The position numbers and the translations under genes were made by a program. A stretch of 64,000 bases of DNA. It comes from Octopus sinensis (taxonomy: Eukaryota). Below the pieces are notes generated by a model. It searched no databases, had not been told where the DNA came from, and was given only the letters and a program-made list of their open reading frames with translations. Positions 53,572 to 64,000 of the stretch are shown piece by piece. Positions within the stretch are counted from its first letter, which is position 1, and the number at the start of each line of letters is the position of its first letter. Location of the stretch: assembly GCF_006345805.1 (NCBI RefSeq), contig NC_043006.1, positions 19,034,001 to 19,098,000 of the forward strand, read 5' to 3'.

Positions 53572-54932
53572 ATGACGGGTAACGGACATTCACGGACTGC
53601 CAGCTCAGAGAGCAACACTTGCCTGGCCACAGACATCATATTGAAAATCATCTCATCAACACAAAAATCAAGATATAAAAAGTGTCTTGTCGAAATATGA
53701 TATCAAACAGGAAAGTGGAGCAATATACAAAAATATTTTCACCAACTGTAAGTTTACGATGTTAAAGAAAGCAGCAGCTTTCTTGAATGATGGTGTTCAA
53801 GTTGAGCTCACAAAATCAAATCTCACCAACTGGATTATAACAAGGATTGAAAACTTCCTCCCGGAGACTTGCAAAATGTGTGACAAACAGTACTGCATTA
53901 CATTTGGCCAAAAACCAGCTTTGGCATGCTTCATCTGTGGACAAGGAATACACGAAGCGTGCTACTTAAAAAAAGATAAATAACCACACCATTCCAGATA
54001 TTCTAGGCCTACACTGGCTATGCGGTTATTGTTCACCAAGGGCCACAATAACGAATGAACCTAGGACCCTACCACAGACAGGCTGTTCTAAACAGACATT
54101 GATTGGCGAAACTGACATGGCAAATAAATCCTGCCACACACAGGCCATCCAAGTGCCTCTTGTAAATGACAAGAATGAAGACAATGACATGCAAACACCT
54201 ACAAAACAAGAAACAGGAGATCCTGCAGAAAAAGACCAAACTTCCCACGAAAAGAAACAGATTCAGAGCAAACGCTCAAATGAAGAAAGGCCAGTATGTA
54301 TCCATTACAGGAGCAACAAGTGCAAACATGGTCCTTCAGGTAAAGGGTGCACGTACAGTCACCCCAAACCATGCAAACCATATATCAACTTCGGTACTGA
54401 TCGAAAAAAAGGATGCCAAAATGGCCGAGAATGTGAACTCCTTCACCCAAAGATGTGCCGCAATTCGCTGAGAAAAAAAGAATGTTTTGGCGAGAATTGC
54501 AAATTTATGCACCGGAAGGGTACAATTCGCATAAAATCTACTGAACCCACACCACCAGGACCAAGCTCAGCAGGGTATGAAAACCATTTCCCAAAAATGC
54601 GGAAACCAGGTCATGGCTCAACAGTGAATGAAAATCATGCTACTCAATTGCATACATCAGCTGTAACAAACCCAAACTCGCAGAAATTCGATATAGTAAT
54701 GAATGAAAGCAGTTTTTTAGGCATAATCTATCAACTACAACAACAGCTGTACTCCATACAGATGACTCAGCAAAACCAGGCAACATTGATACAAAGGCTG
54801 ACACCTGGACTTACAGGGCACATACAACAAATACAGACAGCCCAGCAGACCGAATATCCAGTCAGCACAGTCCCAGCAACTACAACAGTCTTGCCAACAA
54901 TAGGGCAGATGTATCCGGTACAACAAGCATAA
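53572..54932 (+). pseudogene. LINE ORF1: PHD finger plus three CCCH zinc fingers, two frameshifts
   Basis: ATG at 53572; CKMC..CFIC..HEAC, frameshift in the A-run near 53965-53975, then HWLCGYC in frame with ORF 54099; C7C8C3H, C13C5C3H and C8C4C3H; Q-rich tail. Confidence 0.8.
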
Positions 54933-57880
54933 TAACAGCAAATATCCAGGGTCTTTATCCGAAAACAAAACAGTGTAAAGTCCCTTTCTTGGAAGAATTA
55001 GCAACAGAAAACAACTCCAAAAAAATTGGAATTACTGAAAGTCATCTCAACGAAAACATCCGCAACAGCGAAATCACAATCAATAGATTCAACATCTTCA
55101 GATGTGATAGACAAGGCAGATCCCATGGGGGCGTTATCATGTATATCCATGATACCTATGCATGCATAGAACTTGTCAATGAATCAAATGCCTACTGCAA
55201 CCTGCTGTGCATAAAAATCATCCAACTTAATACAGTTGTAACAATAATGTACAGACCGCCAAACAGCCCAACATTATCCTTCACTGAGCCACTGACAAAG
55301 CTCCAACAAATTCTGGGAAACATGGCGAGTCCAATGCCAGACATTATCCTCCTTGGTGACTTCAACTTCCCTAACATCATCTGGCCACATGGACACATAC
55401 TAAAACTGGGGACAAAAGCTGAAAAAATACAGGCAGCCAAACTGTTGGAAGTCACAGAGAAATTATACCTCAAACAAATGATGACAGAAGCAAGAAATAA
55501 TAATACGATCGACTTGGTTTTCACCAACAACGAGGACTTGCTATTTGACCTTCACTCAACCCCAACAATCCTTTCAGACCACAATATTATTGAAGTGCAT
55601 TTACACATTGGTAATGAGCCCAATGCCACAACTCTTAAACAAAAGGACATGCCAAAGCTATGCAGGTATGATTATCACCAGGCAAATTGGGAAACTATTA
55701 ACAACCAATTACAAATCATTGACTGGGATCTCTATCTTACTGGGCCAGATAAACACAAGAAATTCTTAAACAAGATCGAATAAATATGTGCAAAAAATAT
55801 TCCTCTTAAGAAAACCAAATCCACAAAAAAACCTGTACCACGGGAGCGAAAGATCCTGATGCGCAAAAGGTCACGACTAAGAAACAAAACATCTAAGCTG
55901 ACATCAAAACATGAATTACAGAAAGTCCTTGACCAAATATACAGATTAGAAGACAATCTAAAACAACACTATGATGAAGAACGTAACAATGCAGAAAAGA
56001 GAGCCATAGAAAACATCAAGAAAAATCCAAAATGTTTCTACAGTTTTGCAAAGAAATACTCGAATACCAAGTCAACAATAGGACCTCTCCAGTGACAAAA
56101 TGGGGATGTAGTGAATAACCCTATTGAAATGGCAGAAATTTTGGGTCAACAGTATGAAAGTGTCTTCAGTGAGCCATCTAAAACCATGAAGATCCATGAC
56201 CCTGGAAAATTCTTCAAGGATATCGACCATACTAAAACTACCCTATCCGACATTGATTTCAACCCAGAAAGAGCCATAGACAAGCTCTCCATGCACTCGG
56301 CTGCGGGGCCTGACGGTTTCAATGCCATGATACTTAAAAACTGCAAGGTACAATTGTTGAAACCCCTTTACATGATATGGAGGGAATCTATGGAGAATGG
56401 CAAAATACCAAATACATATAAAGAAGCACACATAACTCCAATACATAAAAGGGAAGCAAATCAAAACCAAAGAACTACCGACCAATCTCACTGACATCAC
56501 ACATTATCAAGGTCTTCGAAAGAATAGTTCGTGGAAAACTGGTTGAGTTCCTGGAATCCAACAATCTGATGAATTGCAACCAGCATGGATTCAGGTTAGG
56601 TAGATCATGTCTTTCCCAACTACTGGCACACCATGACCAAATCCTAGAAAATCTAGAGAATGGATACAACACAGATGTTATTTACCTCGACTTTGCCAAG
56701 GCATTTGACAAGGTAGATCATGGCATCCTGGGTCACAAACTTCGAAAGCTAGGAGTAGGAGGAAAAGTTGGTACATGGATACATGAGTTCCTCACAAATA
56801 GAACTCAAACAGTCACTGTGAATGGAACCCATTCAACACCATCACCTGTGACTAGCAGTGTTCCTCAGGGTACAGTACTCGGCTCAATCCTGTTTCTCAT
56901 CCTCATCTCTGACATAGATGAAGATACAACCATCAACGTCTCATCCTTTGCTGATGACACCAGGGTCATGAGACAAATCAAAGACGAGGTGGATACAGAG
57001 GCCTTACAAAAGGACCTGACCACCATATATAAATGGCAGGAAACAAACATGTTGTTCAATGATAAGAAGTTTGAACATATTCGCTACGGAACAGATCAAG
57101 ATCTGAAAAATACAACAAACTACAGAAACCCATCAGGACAACAAATAATGGAAAAACAGTATGTGAAAGATTTAGGCATCCACATGGGAACCAGCCTAAA
57201 ATTCAGAGAACACCTTGACTCAGTCTGTCTTACTGCAAGAAAGTACAGGGGGTGGATCTTGCGCACCTTCAAATCAAGAGATACCTCAACAATGAAAACC
57301 CTCTGGAACAGTATGATACTTCCGAGGATTGACTACTGTTCTCAGTTGTGGTCACCAACAACAAAGGGCCAACTATCTAAGATGGAATCGCTCCAAAGAA
57401 ATTTTACCTCATACTTCTCAGAAACGAGGGACCTGGACTATTGGCAAAGACTCAAAACCTTGAAGATGTACTCAATAGAAAGAAGATTTGAGCGATACCG
57501 AATTATATACATTTGGAAAATGATAGAGCAAAACCTACCACTCACTGCGCCACGGAAGACGCTGCTAGCTACCACCAATCAACAAAAAAGCTGACCAGGC
57601 AGCAAAAACCCTGCGAGAGACAAGTCTGTTGGTTCGAGGAGCACAACTATTCAACTCCATTCCGGTACATGTCAGAAATCTATCAGGATGCAGTGTGGAA
57701 TCATTCAAATTGCAGCTGGATAGATACTTAAGCACCATTAGAGATGAACTTCATCTCCCAGGATATACACAACGAGCACAAACTGACTCAAACTCGCTCC
57801 TACACATGTCAAAATTAAATAGAGAATACAACCTGGCAACCACACCAGACTCTGAGGGTGGAGTCTTCGACTTGGCCTGA
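54926..57880 (+). pseudogene. LINE ORF2: APE endonuclease plus reverse transcriptase
   Basis: TANIQGL, GITESHL, YRPP, GDFNFP, IDLVF, SDH; NYRPISL, QHGFR, YLDFAKAFD, VPQGTVLG, FADD; in-frame stops at 55781 and 56093, frameshifts near 56450 and 57530-57630. Confidence 0.92.
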
Positions 57881-58042
57881 GCATGGACTCAAACTCAAAT
57901 GAAATGAAATGAAAATATGCAAATTACAGAAGAATCCTAGCAAATGAAAAAGAAAATGATGGAAACCAACTGAATTTGCTCACTCATAAAACCATTACTT
58001 GTAAACCGCAAGCTAATTTGTGAAAACAAAGGCGGGACCTAT

Positions 58043-58268
58043 GCCAGTAATATCGGTACACCCGGCAAACCGTGACATTTAAGCTGCATGCGGATTGGTC
58101 AAAACCGTATTCCAAAAATTCAGCTTCGTGACGCCTTCTAAAAGGTACAAAAAGAAGTCAGTCATTCTACTACAGTTGTCAAGAACTCAACAATCAGGCA
58201 AATACATTTCGAAATCTGATAATTACTACGAACATATGATAGCGCTAATTGAACCTTATGAACATTAC
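58043..58268 (+). repeat. Dispersed repeat (probable MITE end), copy 2; partial inverted end at 58573-58622
   Basis: Homology to 52222-52447; 58573-58622 is the reverse complement of 58219-58268 with mismatches. Confidence 0.75.
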
Positions 58269-58409
58269 AATTTTTTAACGTTTAATACACTTCAACATTG
58301 TAAAAAAACTATTTTTATTGAAATACCATAATAAAAAAACGTGAAAACTTGATCACGTCTTAACTTCATTCAACTGATATATTATTATGTAAATATTTAT
58401 ATAAATTCG

Positions 58410-58462
<53 letters not shown>

Positions 58463-58467
58463 CATAC

Positions 58468-58575
<108 letters not shown>

Positions 58576-58689
58576 ATGTTCAAAAAGTTCAATTAGCGCT
58601 TTCATACGTTCGTAGAAATTATATATATATTATTAGTGAATTGAAGAAATGGAGTTGAACGAAGATTGAACAGAAATCGTTTTATTGCA

Positions 58690-58769
58690 TTCTACACGTG
58701 TTTCGAAAGCCACAATTTACCAAATTCCGATTGAATAAGGAGACCATATTGTGTCTTTCTCTTCAGGAA
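58690..58769 (-). ncRNA. Hammerhead ribozyme motif (mirror of 60139-60218)
   Basis: Reverse complement of the + copy. Confidence 0.68.
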
Positions 58770-59128
58770 GAAATAGGAAATCCGTTGGAAAAAACAAAAA
58801 CAGAACAGAGGCGGAGCAAAACAAATCGAACGAGGCTCCTAAGAGCCCATGGCCAAACTGTTTATCAATGTATGTTGAAAACGGGTGGTGGGTGCGTTGA
58901 AGATTTTAACAGGTCAGGCAGCGGTCATTCCGGTGGGTGAGAGCACGGGGTGCTTAGATGTTCTTTGTGACCGAGACTAAAGTTCTGACTATTTAAAGAA
59001 TATTAGGTGTATTATATGGGGCGAGGCAAAATCTACTTAGAAACATGTGTGTGTGTACTGTTCTATATATGCGCGGCCACAAGTTGGTAAGAAGCGCTAC
59101 ACTCTGGTCATTGCTGAGAAATCCGTCA

Positions 59129-59466
59129 CGGACTCAGATGTCTACTCTTATGTCGGGGCCTCATCGTCAAGATTGGCCTTACAAATCTCCAACCATTACG
59201 CAACTTTTCGAGACGTGAATAAACGCCAGACCACGGGACTTAGCAAGCTAATATGGCGATTGAAGAATACGAACTCAAGCTACAGGCTGGAATGGTCAAT
59301 TTTGTCGGTGGCCCTCCCATTTGATAGGGGCAGAAGGAAGTGCAACCTTTGTGTCTCCGAACTCTTCCATATATTGTTCGCCAGAGACCGGATGGTAAAC
59401 GGACTTTTACAGTCGGCTTTTCGATGCCCCCATTGGCGGCGTTATACTTATCTTGCTTATAAATAA
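59129..59466 (+). CDS. C-terminal GIY-YIG endonuclease fragment of a Penelope-like element, uninterrupted
   Basis: YSYVG..ISNH..LSKLIWRLK..YRLEWSIL..KCNLCVSE..RCPH; the first 27 codons of the tracked ORF are antisense pLTR, so it is not a complete gene. Confidence 0.8.
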
Positions 59467-60138
59467 CTCTTATAAATAATACCTGCACCCGGTTACACTA
59501 CTTATATGAAAATAGCCCTTGGAAATAAATTTTGAAAAAGCTTTTAAGAGAAATATGATTAACCATTGCAAGGGGAATTACTCCTGGGAGACGAATGGTG
59601 TTTTGTTTTGACGACGGGGGGTTTCTTTGACAATGCATGATTAGACGAACACACGCACACATAAAATATTTTTCTGCCGCCTGACGGATTTTACAGCAGT
59701 GACCTTTGTGTAGGGCTGTTTACCAACTGACGGCCGCGCGATCAAACGCACATACGAACACAAAAAATTTTCTACCCCCTGACGGATTTCTCAGCAGTGA
59801 CCAGAGTGTAGCGCTTCTTACCAACTTGCGGCCGCGCATATATAGAACAGTACACACACACATGTTTCTAAGTAGATTTTGCCTCACCCCATATAATACA
59901 CCTAATATTCTTTAAATAGTCAGAACTTTAGTCTCGGTCGCAAAGAACATCTAAGCACCCCGTGCTCTCACCCACCGGAATGACCGCTGCCTGACCTGTT
60001 AAAATCTTCAACGCACCCACCACCCGTTTTCAACATACATTGATAAACAGTTTGGCCATGGGCTCTTAGGAGCCTCGTTCGATTTGTTTTGCTCCGCCTC
60101 TGTTCTGTTTTTGTTTTTTCCAACGGATTTCCTATTTC

Positions 60139-60218
60139 TTCCTGAAGAGAAAGACACAATATGGTCTCCTTATTCAATCGGAATTTGGTAAATTGTGGCT
60201 TTCGAAACACGTGTAGAA
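60139..60218 (+). ncRNA. Type I hammerhead ribozyme motif with long stem II
   Basis: UUC-CUGAAGA-GAAAGACACAAU...AUUGUGGCUUUC-GAA-ACACGUGU-A-GAA; stem II 11/12 paired, palindromic stem III, stem I only 3 bp. Confidence 0.68.
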
Positions 60219-60428
60219 TGCAATAAAACGATTTCTGTTCAATCTTCGTTCAACTCCATTTCTTCAATTCACTAATAATATTAAAATTCAATTATCCGCA
60301 CCAACGCATGGTTGCAACACCATATGGTTGTACCTCCAACCGTGCTGTCTTCTGCTGTGATTTTTGCTACGAAGGTATCGGTTAAACTTTTGATTAATCT
60401 GCAACAAGATTATTCATCTTTCTATTTC

Positions 60429-60464
<36 letters not shown>

Positions 60465-60719
60465 TGCATAGATATATATATTTTATGCATATACATGTAA
60501 AAATACATATATAAATATTTTATATATATATATATATGTATGTATGTAGTATGTAATATGGGTTGGTAATTCACAATCTTACAACCTAAAATCAGAAATA
60601 TATGCACTAAAATTACAAAGGGCACTAGTTGGCACCAATATTGCTAGAAAGAGTCAAAACAATTCAATAACAACAGAAAGCACAAGCTTAATGACTGACA
60701 AGGGAGACAAGCAATGTTT

Positions 60720-61158
60720 CCCTCATTCGACTATGGCGATGCTGGGGCACCGGCTTGACAAATTTTTAATGGTATGCGTCAACCTTTGCACTTATTATAT
60801 TTTTTTAATTGGTTTTTATTCTATTGTTTTGGGTTTTTTGCCGGACTGCTAAGCTACCGGGATATAACCACAGTAACAGTTGCTACCAAGTGGTGGTGGG
60901 GAACAAACATAAAGACTCTCTCTCTCTCTTTCATATATGTACACACACTCACACACATACATATACACGCACACACACATATATATATATTTATATTCAT
61001 ATGTACGACAGGCTTCTTTCAGTTTCCGTCTACCAAATTTACTCACACGGCTCTTGACAGCCCGACGCTATAGTAGAAGATATTTGGCCAATATGACACG
61101 TTGTGGTATTGAACACAGAGCCATCTTGTTAGGAAAGAATCTTGTTATCACACAGCCA
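60720..61158 (-). mobile_element. Old SINE family B
   Basis: ggcttctttcagtttccgtctaccaaat core; diverged ends. Confidence 0.75.
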
Positions 61159-61399
61159 TACTGTCATTCGATTTGAAAAATTCTAAAATTCTAAAATCTT
61201 TACTTATATCAAAATATTTTTTCAAACATCAGGTTACCAAAGATTTGAGCTTTGAAAGGTTTTATGTAAACGGTTTTCTCATTTCTCAGGTTTTCAAACC
61301 CACGTATTAGAGGGTTATCCCTATACAAGTAGTTGTTTTTAGTTGTGACTTTCACTATTTCAGCTTCACTTTTGGTTTTAGAATTCTTGTAACGTATAC

Positions 61400-62900
61400 T
61401 GTTTTGTCTTTCGTTATCGATTATTTGCTTTTATTTTGAAAAATTGATTAGTAGGAGTTTCTCAAATTATTAGGATTTCCATGTAGTAAATATGTCTACA
61501 TATTTTATTAGATGAATATTTTGTTTGTTGTTTGTGCACTGAAATCCAATCTATTAATTTTGATGCTGCTTGGCTTATATAATTCTCATTACATTGTTGA
61601 CATATAATGTAATCAATGAATTTTTGGTTTTGCAATTCCATCTCATTCTTGGAAATTTTTGGTTTCCCCCTGTTCAATCAGTTAATACGTCCCACTAAGA
61701 GTTTTCCACATTTTCATACTTGCATTATTTCTTTTTATGATGTGAAATATGCCTTAAGTGTCTTTAGAAATTGGTTGATCGTTTTCGGTTGCCAATAATT
61801 TGTAACCTGTGAAATTTTTCTTAGATTTGATGATTGGTGTAATACTGGAAAGTAGCATTTGGCCAAATGTAAAATGTGTTTTCTATGATTTGGGGTGACT
61901 ACCAATGTGATATTTCTATTTGTATCTTCTCTTGCATTGTGAATGTTTCTCCGTATTTCAAGGATTGAGATTTCTTTTGCTTTAGTTGTGGCATTATTTA
62001 CCATGTTTTCGGGTATTTTGTATTTGGAGGAATAACATTTATTGTACCACTTAGTTCTCCTGTCTACTTGAGTCTTCTTCTATTGAGTATTTAGATCATG
62101 CTATGCTAAATAGTATATCTCTTCCAGTATATGATTGCTAGCAATATTTAAAATCTATGTGTATTTTCAGAATAAACTGGCTGTAATAGTCTCATTTACC
62201 TTAATTACCAAAATGCTCAGAAAAGGAAATTCTTTATCATTCCTCCCCATTGTGAAATACATTGATTTATTAATGCTATTGATTAATTTAAAGAATATTG
62301 TAAGGTCTTTTAACTATTCCAAAATATGACGCAGTCACCTAGGAGTCTTTACAAGTTTTTGTTTTAATTGGATTAGAATTGCTGACAAAATGTTGTCCCT
62401 GGACGGACATAGATTTCTTTCTAAGAACCCCATTGCCAGTTTTACAAACATGAGAACAAATTTCGAGTTTATTACTGTTCCTTCACTGACGGTAATATTA
62501 GTTATCAAATATGTAGTTGTTCTCAAGTTCCAATCGTAATCCTTGTAGGATAAATTATTTTGGGAATTTCTCCTGAATTCTGTATGGGAATTTGTCTACA
62601 TTGGGTCCGACTATTTCCAGTCCTAATCCATGGGAAATATTTCTGTAGAAGCGGGACACATTGAAATCAACAAGAGTCGTTTCTATACTTTCTGACGATC
62701 TCTATCTCAGAAACTGAGGTGCATAATGGTTTTAATATGATGTACAGTACATTGCTTATTCGTTAGTAGTTTGATGTTGGAATTACAATAATCGATTATA
62801 TATTTAAATCGGACGGTTCGGGAAACATTTCATTAATGGTATGGTGGTCCTTTAAACTGTTATAGATGTCGTTACGTTTAGACATTTTCGATATTAAATA
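61400..62900 (-). mobile_element. Degenerate Penelope-like RT plus GIY-YIG element
   Basis: GTVINSKFVLMFVKLAMGFLE (RT motif-B-like), LVVTPN, ICQQCNENYISQ..ISVHKQQ. Confidence 0.65.
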
Positions 62901-63359
62901 AAGTTGTTTGCATCAGCCTCAAGTTAAAGAATCTAACTCCCTGTTGCGTTAAATTGTATTTAAATTCATTCAATAATTTTGTTTATTGCTTTTTTGTTTG
63001 TTTGTTCGTTTAACATTGTTTTTTTTTCGTAGAAATGTAGACTGTATTGTTATTGTAAGATTATATCTAATCTATTCTTGTCTCTTATCAAAAAGGCTCT
63101 TATTTTGTCAGCTATTGAAACGACTATATAGGAATATTTCTGTATATATTCGAATGCCTTATGATTTTCATTTATCATGTTTAATTTTCTACGGTTTACT
63201 ACCCAAATATATTATTCATGTATATAAGATACAGCAAATTATATGTATTTCCATTATCCAGTTTACATCTTAATGAATTACCTTAAGCGAACATGAGATT
63301 TACTACATGTACGAATGTCACTCTGATCGATGATTTTGAACGTATCTCTCACCTCTACT

Positions 63360-63600
63360 AGATTGTGGAGTTTTGTAAAATAATGTTCATATATCCTGGC
63401 GCTAAGCCCTTTTTTCTTCTTTGCATTGGCAAAAATATTTGTAAATAGTGCTGATTTTGAAGCATATTCATCAGGTTCTATCTGTTGGTTCGTTGGTTGG
63501 ATGATGTTTTCTTTTGTGTTGCGATGGTTGCTGGCCAGGTACTTCCTTGGAGCATTACCGTCCCGTATAATGTCGACATGTAAATATTTACACTAGTGGA
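63360..63600 (+). pseudogene. Possible Penelope-like RT fragment
   Basis: LVRWLDDVF (YxDD-like) with an upstream FCKNN-like segment; heavily degraded. Confidence 0.45.
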
Positions 63601-64000
63601 CAAGTATCGCCATCTGAATAGAAGAGTTAAGTGATGTAACAGAAATATTCACAAATTAGGTGCTTCGAGGGTTACGAAAATGGCTAAAATGCACAATACT
63701 CCGCAAGTACTCAGAGTAATTGATCAACGTTTAGAATGGTTTAAGAGCTGTGGATACACAGACACAAACGTCCTAAATAGTCTCGACCCTCGCCAAGAGG
63801 AACGGCTGAGTCAATATATCTACAAGAGGAATTTCTACTAATCATAAGTAAAGCTATGAATGTATTTAATGAGGGTCAGGTGAGAAAATTTCACTAAGGC
63901 ATCCAGAAACTTTTGTCAAGACAAGTTGCGTAATCAGTCCACGCCTGTAATATACACCCACCAGTCCGCCACTGTATGGAGTAAGTAGCCTTAAATCGCT

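Larger units (their letters stand above)
53560..57915 (+). mobile_element. Near-full-length CR1-type LINE, about 4.35 kb
   Basis: ORF1 then APE-RT ORF2, (tgaaa)n tail at 57900-57915; imperfect candidate TSD aaaatatctgtaaatta / aaaatatgcaaatta. Confidence 0.92.
58627..60281 (+). mobile_element. 5'-truncated Penelope-like element with 502-bp inverted pLTR arms (58627-59128, 59780-60281)
   Basis: Identical 80-aa ORFs at 58698+ and 59968-; endonuclease, 3' UTR, hammerhead and AATAAA (60222) in order on the + strand. Confidence 0.88.

Noticed and set aside
59047-59128. N-terminus of the 139-aa ORF as real protein
   Set aside because: It lies in the inverted pLTR arm, antisense to 3' UTR sequence, so it is open by chance.
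59555-59612. SECIS-like stem (AUGA..AA, accauu/aauggu) in the PLE 3' UTR
   Set aside because: The 3' GA of the core quartet is absent and the EN fragment has no in-frame UGA; SECISearch would settle it.

Overview
AT-rich eukaryotic DNA, saturated with microsatellites and repeats, with no supportable host gene, rRNA, true tRNA or CRISPR. The SINE/LINE families and the extreme (TA)n/(CA)n/(TAA)n/(CAT)n load resemble octopus (coleoid cephalopod) intergenic or intronic DNA; that is inference from recall, not a database result. Most ORFs in the track are translated microsatellites or SINEs. Supportable content: one near-full-length CR1-type LINE (about 53.56-57.92 kb; ORF1 with PHD plus three CCCH fingers, ORF2 APE-RT, a few stops/frameshifts); degenerate R4/Dong-like, CR1, RTE, Ty3/Gypsy and Tc1/mariner fragments; a Merlin-like MITE; a non-autonomous Helitron; and over 20 SINE copies from several families. 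The most notable signal, invisible in the ORF track, is a set of Penelope-like element (PLE) termini forming near-perfect inverted repeats within (TA)n tracts. Several carry type I hammerhead ribozyme motifs, including a 363-nt repeat unit with a compensatory U3-A8 core. Coordinates of degenerate fragments are approximate.
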